Below, piece by piece: positions 1 to 7,990 of a stretch of 10,000 nt of DNA. Source of the DNA: a virus. Taxonomy: Duplodnaviria; Heunggongvirae; Uroviricota; Caudoviricetes. Within the stretch, counting starts at the first letter, position 1; each line of letters begins with the position of its first letter. The notes under the pieces were generated by a model. It worked only from the letters and a program-made list of their open reading frames with translations. It was not told the origin of the DNA and made no database searches. The position numbers and the translations under genes are program-made. Location of the stretch: IMG/VR virus record IMGVR_UViG_2690316285_000012; one strand, given 5' to 3'.

Positions 1-113
1 TACACTAAATCAGTAAGTTGGCAGCATCACCCCGCCACAGAACAATTATTGCTTTTGCCGTTGATGACAATAAAGTTTTTATCGCAGAGGGCGTGGCGGA
101 TATCAAACTTTGG

Positions 114-748
114 TCATTTTCTCTGGCTGATCTTTACCGGATAACCATCCCGAAGATCAATTAAGTGCTCCGGTTCAGAAGCAAACCATGCATAAGATCC
201 CCACGCCAATTCTGGTATTGCCTTTTTAAAAGGCAGAGCACTTCTGTCCATAAATGCCGTAAGGAATGCAAGATTTTTCTCGCTGAACCCAGCGTCAATA
301 GCCAAATGAGTGAGAGTAACTTTTCGTTCCCTGTTTATAGGCCCATCTGTCGCAACTACTTCAGTGAAAACTACAAGCATGTCCGAACCCGTTCGGTCCT
401 CTCCCAAATCAATCAAAATAATATCTGGAAGTGCTTTTGAGGCATCAATATTCAGCCCCAATGCTTTTGCCAATACATCATCCTGAGCAACAACTTTATT
501 CCCGGATTCAGACAACCAGAGCACAGTTGGATTCTTAAGAAAATTAGGAGCAAAAACTTCGATGACGGCCTTAGCTATTGTACTTGACGGGCCCGGAGCT
601 AAAGTTCTCTTCTCTCCATTTGGGAAAGTGACGACTACGACATCAGCAGCAATCACTGCCCCTGATTTCAATAAACGCAACCTAGCAAGAGCGGCTTTGT
701 TCAAATGATTTTCTTGCCAGGAACTTATTGCACTCAGCAGCGAATCTC
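114..748 (-). CDS. Putative type II restriction endonuclease, C-terminal portion (BsuBI/PstI-like candidate); 5' end lies in masked block
   Basis: ORF-track ORF 114..704 (TTG start) is open upstream to the mask at 748. Sits directly downstream and co-directional with the MTase. Has an acidic PD...D/E-type stretch (LPDIILIDLGEDRTG...VVFTEVV). Family assignment is from memory of motif patterns, not a search. Confidence 0.5.
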
Positions 749-749
749 C

Positions 750-1187
750 NNNNNNNNNNNNNNNNNNNNNNNNNNNNNNNNNNNNNNNNNNNNNNNNNNN
801 NNNNNNNNNNNNNNNNNNNNNNNNNNNNNNNNNNNNNNNNNNNNNNNNNNNNNNNNNNNNNNNNNNNNNNNNNNNNNNNNNNNNNNNNNNNNNNNNNNNN
901 NNNNNNNNNNNNNNNNNNNNNNNNNNNNNNNNNNNNNNNNNNNNNNNNNNNNNNNNNNNNNNNNNNNNNNNNNNNNNNNNNNNNNNNNNNNNNNNNNNNN
1001 NNNNNNNNNNNNNNNNNNNNNNNNNNNNNNNNNNNNNNNNNNNNNNNNNNNNNNNNNNNNNNNNNNNNNNNNNNNNNNNNNNNNNNNNNNNNNNNNNNNN
1101 NNNNNNNNNNNNNNNNNNNNNNNNNNNNNNNNNNNNNNNNNNNNNNNNNNNNNNNNNNNNNNNNNNNNNNNNNNNNNNNNNNNNNNN
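750..1187. other. N-masked block (438 nt); further blocks at 1459-1728, 2591-3258, 5302-5714, 5885-6180
   Basis: Runs of n in the sequence. Any ORF segment shown as X in the track is unknown sequence. Confidence 1.
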
Positions 1188-1359
1188 TGGGCCTTATCCA
1201 TCGCCCCAGCCCCTCAACCGCACCAGCATAAAACATGACAAAAATTGTTTTTGCAGCTATTTCCCGAATTAAATATCCACGATTCTCAGTCCCTTCAGGG
1301 AAAATTAATTGTAATCTTTCCCGGATAACATTCAATGGGGGAACAACAGGCAGATTCAT
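1188..1359 (-). CDS. 5' portion of the restriction endonuclease gene, or a separate small gene; continues into masked block
   Basis: ATG at 1359, 63 nt downstream of the MTase stop; visible 57 codons MNLPVVPPLNVIRERLQLIFPEGTENRGYLIREIAAKTIFVMFYAGAVEG... Frame is offset by one relative to the 114..748 ORF. Confidence 0.4.
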
Positions 1360-1422
1360 GCAATCATCACTCCATAGAAACCAGCGATAGTTCTCTCAAT
1401 AATCCGTCTGTGGACGCCAGCA

Positions 1423-3450
1423 TCAATTAACGATTGAATCTCCATCACCTGCTCCAGANNNNNNNNNNNNNNNNNNNNNNNNNNNNNNNNNNNNNNNNNN
1501 NNNNNNNNNNNNNNNNNNNNNNNNNNNNNNNNNNNNNNNNNNNNNNNNNNNNNNNNNNNNNNNNNNNNNNNNNNNNNNNNNNNNNNNNNNNNNNNNNNNN
1601 NNNNNNNNNNNNNNNNNNNNNNNNNNNNNNNNNNNNNNNNNNNNNNNNNNNNNNNNNNNNNNNNNNNNNNNNNNNNNNNNNNNNNNNNNNNNNNNNNNNN
1701 NNNNNNNNNNNNNNNNNNNNNNNNNNNNCTGAGGTAAAATTGCCGCTAAAATCCTTCTGTCCTGTTCCTTCGATGTTGTCCGCTGAACAAGCACACATTC
1801 AGATTTTGTCACAAGGAAACCCTGTTGTGGGGTTATATCGATATAGGGAACATGATTTTTTCTGTCTGCACTAAAACGAAAACCAGCTGAAGTTATTGAT
1901 TCCGCCCAGACTAATGGGTAGCTATTTTTTCCTTTCGTCGTACGCAACTGCGACTTAAATCGATTCCAGACTAACTGACCTGTAGAGACTGAGTATCCCA
2001 GATCAGCTAAACGCGTAGACATCTGTTTTAATACATTAAGAAAACAGGCATCATCTTTAACGCGTGGCAAAAGCCACGTTGCTCCACCTTTTTCTATATC
2101 AACATTACCTATTTTCTCAATTTTTGCTTTGTTCAACCCCTTAGGGACAAGTGAGGATACCTGGGCCCGAACTTTATGTTCTCCCGCCTTGAATGCTGTC
2201 AACATTGTTTCCTGGAGAACATCGTCAAAGACCCCATCCCTGTCAGTGACGAAATCAAGGGCATACGGAGTAGTTTTTTCGGTCAAAAGGGTTCGCAGCG
2301 CGGTGAAATACTGCCCACCAAGAAAAGAAGTTGGCGTAAGAAATGCAATAACTCCTGTTTTCTCTTTAACCATGCGAACAGCTAAGTCGGTGAACAATCC
2401 ATATAGATTTGCATGACCAAATAACGAACGAGAATATTTTTCTCTCGTTTTAATATCGAGAGTGACACGTCCGTAAGGCGGATTCCCTACCACAAGATCA
2501 TAACCAGAAAATTTATCTTGCTGAAGCGCATCAGCAACAATAATTGTATCTTCAGGCAATCTACGTTTTACCTTTACACATAGTGGCATTNNNNNNNNNN
2601 NNNNNNNNNNNNNNNNNNNNNNNNNNNNNNNNNNNNNNNNNNNNNNNNNNNNNNNNNNNNNNNNNNNNNNNNNNNNNNNNNNNNNNNNNNNNNNNNNNNN
2701 NNNNNNNNNNNNNNNNNNNNNNNNNNNNNNNNNNNNNNNNNNNNNNNNNNNNNNNNNNNNNNNNNNNNNNNNNNNNNNNNNNNNNNNNNNNNNNNNNNNN
2801 NNNNNNNNNNNNNNNNNNNNNNNNNNNNNNNNNNNNNNNNNNNNNNNNNNNNNNNNNNNNNNNNNNNNNNNNNNNNNNNNNNNNNNNNNNNNNNNNNNNN
2901 NNNNNNNNNNNNNNNNNNNNNNNNNNNNNNNNNNNNNNNNNNNNNNNNNNNNNNNNNNNNNNNNNNNNNNNNNNNNNNNNNNNNNNNNNNNNNNNNNNNN
3001 NNNNNNNNNNNNNNNNNNNNNNNNNNNNNNNNNNNNNNNNNNNNNNNNNNNNNNNNNNNNNNNNNNNNNNNNNNNNNNNNNNNNNNNNNNNNNNNNNNNN
3101 NNNNNNNNNNNNNNNNNNNNNNNNNNNNNNNNNNNNNNNNNNNNNNNNNNNNNNNNNNNNNNNNNNNNNNNNNNNNNNNNNNNNNNNNNNNNNNNNNNNN
3201 NNNNNNNNNNNNNNNNNNNNNNNNNNNNNNNNNNNNNNNNNNNNNNNNNNNNNNNNNNTACGATGCTGAAGCAGTATGAGCGGGCATGCATCAACCTTGA
3301 CTGCCCGGTTTTGTAATTGCCCGCATAACCTTTGGCCATGGCTTTACAAGTTTGATATCTTTCCAGATTAGAAAACTCATTATCTGTAAAAAAATCAAAA
3401 TGTTGCACATTCATAATGTAAAATCCTAATGTATCAAACATGCGGGCCAT
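1423..3450 (-). CDS. N6-adenine DNA methyltransferase (gamma-class, Eco57I/TaqI-like) with target-recognition region; long form about 675 aa if continuous through masks
   Basis: Catalytic motif IV DLVVGNPPYG visible at 2460-2490 region. One uninterrupted frame connects the visible segments 3259-3450, 1729-2590 and 1423-1458 across both masks. Region is AT-rich relative to its neighbours. Confidence 0.75.
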   Translation of the reverse strand: MARMFDTLGFYIMNVQHFDFFTDNEFSNLERYQTCKAMAKGYAGNYKTGQSRLMHARSYCFSIVXXXXXXXXXXXXXXXXXXXXXXXXXXXXXXXXXXXXXXXXXXXXXXXXXXXXXXXXXXXXXXXXXXXXXXXXXXXXXXXXXXXXXXXXXXXXXXXXXXXXXXXXXXXXXXXXXXXXXXXXXXXXXXXXXXXXXXXXXXXXXXXXXXXXXXXXXXXXXXXXXXXXXXXXXXXXXXXXXXXXXXXXXXXXXXXXXXXXXXXXXXXXXXXXXXXXXXXXXXXXXXXMPLCVKVKRRLPEDTIIVADALQQDKFSGYDLVVGNPPYGRVTLDIKTREKYSRSLFGHANLYGLFTDLAVRMVKEKTGVIAFLTPTSFLGGQYFTALRTLLTEKTTPYALDFVTDRDGVFDDVLQETMLTAFKAGEHKVRAQVSSLVPKGLNKAKIEKIGNVDIEKGGATWLLPRVKDDACFLNVLKQMSTRLADLGYSVSTGQLVWNRFKSQLRTTKGKNSYPLVWAESITSAGFRFSADRKNHVPYIDITPQQGFLVTKSECVLVQRTTSKEQDRRILAAILPQXXXXXXXXXXXXXXXXXXXXXXXXXXXXXXXXXXXXXXXXXXXXXXXXXXXXXXXXXXXXXXXXXXXXXXXXXXXXXXXXXXXXXXXXXXSGAGDGDSIVN

Positions 3451-3664
3451 AACATCTCATGGTGGCGCATAGCAAACTGGCCCGAAGAATATCACGCACC
3501 AAGTCGATCTCATAACCCGTTATGACAATAAATCTTTGTAGCTGAACTCACTTGGTGATTTGTCAATCATTCCTGGCCTCCAGTTCGTCCTGAATCTCTT
3601 TATCGAGTTCACCGTATTTGTTAGTCCTCATCACTCACGACTTGACTTCCAGAAATAACCTTGA

Positions 3665-4021
3665 TTATTCGGGGCTATATTTTGTCACCCTGCGTATCCG
3701 CGCTTTCGCATTACGCTCAATCTGGATTAGCTTTTCTATATTTTTTCGCCTTTCCCGCTCCTCCTGGCGCAAGAGCCTTACATCATCTGCCAGTCTGGTT
3801 TCTCTTTTCGCCACAGAGAGCATCCAGTCAAATGGCTCCACAACTGCACCGCAAATTTTACAGCGGACCTGACGCTCTTTTTCGTCAACCCGGACAGAGG
3901 CGTGATGGCAATATGGTCTTTCCGATGGCTCATAAAGAAAATTAACCTGATTACGAGGGTTATCCTCTTTTACCGGAAATAAAACAATATTGCTTAACTC
4001 ATCTTCTGGTTTTATTTCCAT
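3665..4021 (-). CDS. Hypothetical phage protein (118 aa) with putative zinc-ribbon (C-H-H...C-x2-C) and basic coiled-coil C-terminus
   Basis: ATG at 4021 preceded by AAAGGAGAGGAGC Shine-Dalgarno. Motif YCHHASV...CKICG; C-terminus rich in R/K/E. Last gene of a compact three-gene block. Confidence 0.55.
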   Translation of the reverse strand: MEIKPEDELSNIVLFPVKEDNPRNQVNFLYEPSERPYCHHASVRVDEKERQVRCKICGAVVEPFDWMLSVAKRETRLADDVRLLRQEERERRKNIEKLIQIERNAKARIRRVTKYSPE

Positions 4022-4078
4022 GCTCCTCTCCTTTGATGCGAATGCCAGCGGTAATTGAAGCCTGATAGCTAATTTCAC

Positions 4079-4501
4079 TCACAGTACCGCCTCCTGAAAA
4101 TCACCCTGATAGAAAGCCGGTACACGCTGCATAACTTCACTCTTCCGGCACTCGCGACAGATTATGTTCTGATGTCTGTCGTAGCGGCGTATTTCTCCGT
4201 CTGGTAATGACCAGATAAGGTCCGGATCAACCACAGATGGTTTCTTCAGCTTTGCCCTCGAGAGTTTTTTGCGGGCGTTTTGCCAGTCCTTACGAGCCTG
4301 TTCAGACGGGAATAACCCGTAGCCAGAGTTGTATACATCCCCACTGGCAACCAGCTCTCTGGCGAGAACGCTTATTAAATATCTTGTCGCCCCGGTTTTA
4401 GCTTCCAGTTGTCGTAACGTCTCGCGCCCACTCTGGCGTACGAGTTCAACAACCTGCCCCTTAATTTTTTCCCGCTCTTCCTGTGTAAATACTTTTGCCA
4501 T
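4079..4501 (-). CDS. Hypothetical phage protein (140 aa) with HTH-like N-terminal segment
   Basis: ATG at 4501 preceded by GGGGG-rich RBS. Upstream gene stop at 4517 and downstream start at 4021 give tight operon packing. Segment ETLRQLEAKTGATRYLISVLAREL resembles a helix-turn-helix. Confidence 0.55.
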   Translation of the reverse strand: MAKVFTQEEREKIKGQVVELVRQSGRETLRQLEAKTGATRYLISVLARELVASGDVYNSGYGLFPSEQARKDWQNARKKLSRAKLKKPSVVDPDLIWSLPDGEIRRYDRHQNIICRECRKSEVMQRVPAFYQGDFQEAVL

Positions 4502-4516
4502 AAGCGCCCCCGGCAA

Positions 4517-5242
4517 TCACTTTTCCGACACAATACGACCGGAGGAATCGACAATCTGTCGAACAATATCCCGGTGCTTGTTCAGCTCCCGCAACGCGGC
4601 GCAGACACGCTCCCACTTCTGGACATGACTTTTCGCCCGACGCAGTTCGCGGTTTGCCATATGCAGCGATGGTAAAACCAGGTCATCCGCTTGCGTTTCG
4701 GTGAACGATGGCAACGACTGCACAATGTCCGCCACAGTTTCTGTTTTAATTTCTTCCTGTGTTGCAGCTTCCTGTACCGGTAACGCAACACCTGCTGGCT
4801 GAGGAAAGACTTTACCATCCGTTTCCGCTATGGATGCGGCTTTCGGCTCTGCCGGTAAATCAGCGCCCGGTATGCAGTACCGAAATTTACCGCCCTGATT
4901 CACGCGAATCAGACGCCCTTTGCTGATTGCCATGGCCAGCGATGAATTCGCCCGGCGGGAGGTAATCCCGAACATCAGTGCCAGCTCATCCGCCGTTTGT
5001 GGGCCATGTTGTTCAATCGCCTCAGTCAGCATTTGCGCTGTCACTTTCGGTACCGGTGACACTGGTTCACTTTCACCAGCCTGAATCAGCCACCACATCG
5101 AACCCTTGTTATCCGCTTCACCACGGCGCTTCAGTTTCCACAGTTCGTTGACCGCATCTTCACGGCTGATTCCAAGGCGGGACGCCACCACATGTGAAGA
5201 GGCTCTTTTCAGTGCTTTCAGTGCGTCAAATACAGTTTCCAT
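4517..5242 (-). CDS. Hypothetical phage protein (241 aa), two predicted winged-helix-like segments
   Basis: ATG at 5242 with GGAGG 8 nt upstream (ORF-track TTG start at 5260 also possible). Starts about 27 nt after the DnaC-like stop. GC-rich like the replication genes. Confidence 0.6.
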   Translation of the reverse strand: METVFDALKALKRASSHVVASRLGISREDAVNELWKLKRRGEADNKGSMWWLIQAGESEPVSPVPKVTAQMLTEAIEQHGPQTADELALMFGITSRRANSSLAMAISKGRLIRVNQGGKFRYCIPGADLPAEPKAASIAETDGKVFPQPAGVALPVQEAATQEEIKTETVADIVQSLPSFTETQADDLVLPSLHMANRELRRAKSHVQKWERVCAALRELNKHRDIVRQIVDSSGRIVSEK

Positions 5243-5268
5243 TAAAACATCCTCCAACAAAAATTACT

Positions 5269-5884
5269 TCACAACTCCCGGAAAGCTGACATTTGAACGC
5301 CNNNNNNNNNNNNNNNNNNNNNNNNNNNNNNNNNNNNNNNNNNNNNNNNNNNNNNNNNNNNNNNNNNNNNNNNNNNNNNNNNNNNNNNNNNNNNNNNNNN
5401 NNNNNNNNNNNNNNNNNNNNNNNNNNNNNNNNNNNNNNNNNNNNNNNNNNNNNNNNNNNNNNNNNNNNNNNNNNNNNNNNNNNNNNNNNNNNNNNNNNNN
5501 NNNNNNNNNNNNNNNNNNNNNNNNNNNNNNNNNNNNNNNNNNNNNNNNNNNNNNNNNNNNNNNNNNNNNNNNNNNNNNNNNNNNNNNNNNNNNNNNNNNN
5601 NNNNNNNNNNNNNNNNNNNNNNNNNNNNNNNNNNNNNNNNNNNNNNNNNNNNNNNNNNNNNNNNNNNNNNNNNNNNNNNNNNNNNNNNNNNNNNNNNNNN
5701 NNNNNNNNNNNNNNTACCCATCGCCGCTGCAAGGTGATTTTTCCCGGTGCCGGTTTTACCGCTGAACACAAAATTCGTGCACCCGGTCATCAGTTCGTCA
5801 GCTATGGATTTGGCCTGGCTCAGCGCGTATTTTTGCCCGTCGTTCTGCACCTGATAATTCGCAAACGAGCATTTGCTGTGCAGA
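5269..5884 (-). CDS. DnaC-family AAA+ helicase loader (phage P-analog / YdaV-like); 5' end in masked block
   Basis: Visible stretch KCSFANYQVQNDGQKYALSQAKSIADELMTGCTNFVFSGKTGTGKNHLAAAMG closely parallels the E. coli DnaC Walker A region (FSGKPGTGKNHLAAA). Frame stays open upstream into mask 5885-6180; same frame ends at 5269 after mask 5302-5714. Confidence 0.75.
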
Positions 5885-6180
5885 NNNNNNNNNNNNNNNN
5901 NNNNNNNNNNNNNNNNNNNNNNNNNNNNNNNNNNNNNNNNNNNNNNNNNNNNNNNNNNNNNNNNNNNNNNNNNNNNNNNNNNNNNNNNNNNNNNNNNNNN
6001 NNNNNNNNNNNNNNNNNNNNNNNNNNNNNNNNNNNNNNNNNNNNNNNNNNNNNNNNNNNNNNNNNNNNNNNNNNNNNNNNNNNNNNNNNNNNNNNNNNNN
6101 NNNNNNNNNNNNNNNNNNNNNNNNNNNNNNNNNNNNNNNNNNNNNNNNNNNNNNNNNNNNNNNNNNNNNNNNNNNNNNNN

Positions 6181-7157
6181 AACCAGGGGTTTTCAAAATT
6201 CCGGTCCGGCCCAAAAAACGTCGTCGCTCGCTGAACAAATTCCGTTCCCGCTTTCCCGGTCGCCGCCAGGTATCTCGCGTAACGCCTCACACCATCCAGC
6301 ATGGTCTCTGGTGGCACCCCCTCGCGCAATCTGGCCTTCCAGGCACTGAATGCGGATTTCTTCGGGTTTGCCCCGGCACGCAACGGGTATTCCCGCCAGA
6401 CCTGTTCGAACACATCCGGATAATCCACTCGTCCCACAGGCTGCCCGGTGTTTTCCGGGGCTACCCGATCGGCTTCCCGCTGAATGGCGGAATCGGCTTC
6501 AGGCTGCTGCAGTTGGAGTGATTGCTCCGGCCTTGCGGTCATCACCTGCTGCACAGCGCCCGAATCGGCTTTCAGCGCATACGCTGAATCGGCTTCCGGT
6601 GTCGAGCCTGCTGGCTGACCAGGATTGACGGTCTGAACATCCCCTGCCTGGTTCGTGGCGTTTTTTACGCCATGGACCATAGTGTTTTGATCTTCTTTAT
6701 CTGTATCTTTATCTGTATCTGTCGTGACTCGTCGTGACATGTGCGTGACATTTCGTGACGCGCCGTGACAATCGCCATTTTGTTCCCGCTTTCTTTCCCT
6801 CTCTCGCTGCGCCCTCTTGCGCTCTGCAGGAGATTTTGCGGTTTGCGAAATATTGCCGTTGTCCTCTTTAAGCACCTGGCGTTTTTCCCATCCAGTGATT
6901 AAATCACCATCAAGTACCCGCCCCTGCATCGTCTGCAAAATTGAATCAATTACCTCTTCTGTCACGTCGAGCGCACTTGCCAAATCTTCTGTCGTGACAT
7001 CAATGTGACCTCGCGTGACATTTCGTGACGCGCTCACCAGGAGGTGGATATACACTGCCATCACTGTTGCAATTGGCTGCCCTGACACCCTGGCAATTGT
7101 TCGCCACTTAGGGTCATTTGGCATGTCATGCCATAATCTGAGCCAGGCGTTAGCCAT
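6181..7157 (-). CDS. Phage replication initiator / replisome organizer (lambda O analog); 3' end in masked block
   Basis: ATG at 7157 preceded by GAGGTGA RBS (ORF-track GTG at 7163). N-terminal HTH-like region MANAWLRLWHDMPNDPKWRTIARVSGQPIATV. Iteron repeats lie inside the gene and it sits immediately upstream of the DnaC-like gene. Confidence 0.7.
6694..6717. repeat. Perfect tandem duplication of 12-bp unit TCTTTATCTGTA (AT-rich), adjacent to the iterons
   Basis: 6694-6705 and 6706-6717 are identical. Encodes the low-complexity TDKDTDKD linker of the initiator on the minus strand. Confidence 0.7.
6721..6769. repeat. Iteron cluster 1: five CGTGAC repeats at roughly 10-11 bp spacing (putative origin)
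   Basis: CGTGAC at 6723, 6733, 6744, 6754, 6764, about one helical turn apart, flanked by the AT-rich tandem repeat at 6694-6717. Confidence 0.6.
6961..7033. repeat. Iteron cluster 2: four (C/T)GTGAC repeats at 10-11 bp spacing plus one inverted copy
   Basis: CGTGAC/TGTGAC at 6993, 7004, 7014, 7024; inverted GTCACG at 6961-6966. The 21-mer GCGTGACATTTCGTGACGCGC at 7013-7033 is identical to 6743-6763. Confidence 0.6.
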
Positions 7158-7228
7158 ACTCACCTCTTCTGATACCGAATCTTTTTACTCACGAGTTGCC
7201 GGGAGCGATTCGATATGGCTATTGTCAG

Positions 7229-7654
7229 TCAATGTACTGCCACAGCATTTCCTGCCGGGCCACCACGGTTCATCTGATTGAAACCGGCGATTGCCACTGC
7301 GACAAAATCATCAGCGTCTCTCACCAGTCGTTCATGCGTCTCCACCAGTTCCCGAAAATAAGCTGAACTGTGGCTGCGCATTCGAGCCACCAGCGGAGGT
7401 GGCATTGCCCTTTCGATCGCAGGTAACAACGCCTGAATTTTTTCAACAGCGTCAGGGGTGTCTTTATCCAGCCAACGGAAAATCTTTTGGGTGTTGAGAT
7501 AAAGCGTGTTGTGCTTGCTGTCGTTATGCAGAACCGGAAACGTCATTCCCAGTTCGAAATAAACCCTGGTTATTTCAGCTGCCGGAACTTTTTCACCGTC
7601 CGGATGCGCCCAGGCTTTCATCGCCATGCGGATGTGTTCATGCTTGATTTTCAT
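7229..7654 (-). CDS. ydaT: YdaT-like protein (proposed cII analog / toxic prophage regulator), 141 aa
   Basis: ATG at 7654 overlaps the upstream gene stop (ATGA). N-terminus MKIKHEHI and the size match recalled Rac YdaT. Position is Cro-like gene, then this gene, then replication genes. Confidence 0.65.
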   Translation of the reverse strand: MKIKHEHIRMAMKAWAHPDGEKVPAAEITRVYFELGMTFPVLHNDSKHNTLYLNTQKIFRWLDKDTPDAVEKIQALLPAIERAMPPPLVARMRSHSSAYFRELVETHERLVRDADDFVAVAIAGFNQMNRGGPAGNAVAVH

Positions 7655-7914
7655 GAATCAACCCCCGCCGATGGTTGTGTGTTAGCCTGAAACTCAGCAG
7701 GCAAGCCGTCAGTTGGGTTGGGGTAGGTTTTACTGTCAATCTCATGTGGGGTCACCACCCATCCCGTTGCTTCACACCAACGTAATATTTTTTCTCCTGT
7801 AAGTTTTGCACGCCCCGTTATAACGTGGCTGACCATCCCTTGGGATGCGCCAACAATCTCAGCAAATGAACTCTGGGTTATATGAAAATGATGCAAATAT
7901 TCTCCAAGATTCAT
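7651..7914 (-). CDS. ydaS: Cro-like HTH protein (YdaS-like), 87 aa from ATG 7914
   Basis: HTH segment SSFAEIVGASQGMVSHVITGRAKLTGEKI. Divergent from the repressor gene and first gene of the rightward operon. ATG 7914 has an AGGGCGG RBS; ORF-track TTG start at 7941 is the alternative. Symbol assigned by synteny with Rac. Confidence 0.6.
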   Translation of the reverse strand: MNLGEYLHHFHITQSSFAEIVGASQGMVSHVITGRAKLTGEKILRWCEATGWVVTPHEIDSKTYPNPTDGLPAEFQANTQPSAGVDS

Positions 7915-7948
7915 AATCCGCCCTATGTGATGTGTTACCAATGCATAA

Positions 7949-7990
7949 TTAATAGCACTGTTATTTTTAAAAGTAAATAGTGATGCTATT
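7949..7990 (-). promoter_or_regulatory. OR-like region: two 15-bp palindromic operators (7951-7965 AATAGCACTGTTATT; 7976-7990 AATAGTGATGCTATT) overlapping a PR-like promoter
   Basis: Minus-strand -35 TTTACT (7972-7977), 17-bp spacer, extended -10 TGcTATTAA (7949-7957). The operators overlap the -35 and -10 elements. Confidence 0.55.

Noticed and set aside
165-440. Plus-strand ORFs antisense to minus-strand genes (165..440, 2129..2416, 2176..2385, 3618..3872, 3661..3945, 4329..4628, 6350..6628, 6817..7008, 7015..7281, 7291..7497, 7487..7690, 8022..8204), and minus-strand 4375..4566, 4582..4818, 8573..8764, 9242..9454
   Set aside because: Each lies inside and antisense to, or out of frame with, a longer ORF that has an RBS, motifs and operon context. 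No independent start signals or motifs.
705-1238. Plus- and minus-strand ORFs consisting mostly of X (705..1238, 728..1231, 734..1201, 1434..1874, 1445..1798, 2544..3269, 2574..3287, 5106..5765, 5226..5771, 5293..6234, 5798..6238, 5873..6349)
   Set aside because: They are open only because masked N codons cannot be read as stops. The visible ends are short and overlap better-supported genes.
3563-3631. 22-codon minus-strand ORF (MRTNKYGELDKEIQDELEARND) in the intergenic region upstream of the MTase; considered as a small R-M controller
   Set aside because: Too short, no HTH, weak RBS. Cannot be supported from sequence alone.
6507-6829. CTGCAG (PstI) sites at 6507-6512 and 6824-6829, considered as evidence for or against PstI-like specificity of the R-M system
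   Set aside because: The presence of two sites in 10 kb says nothing either way, and the family assignment of the REase is itself uncertain.
6721-7033. Possible CRISPR array, given the short regularly spaced repeats
   Set aside because: Repeat unit is only 6-8 bp at 10-11 bp spacing with no spacers of 25-40 bp, and it lies inside a coding gene. Iterons are the better explanation.
7213-7227. Operator half-site GCTATT at 7220-7225 between the ydaT-like and initiator genes
   Set aside because: Only one half-site matches; the partner half (TTCGAT) does not resemble AATAGC. Likely chance.
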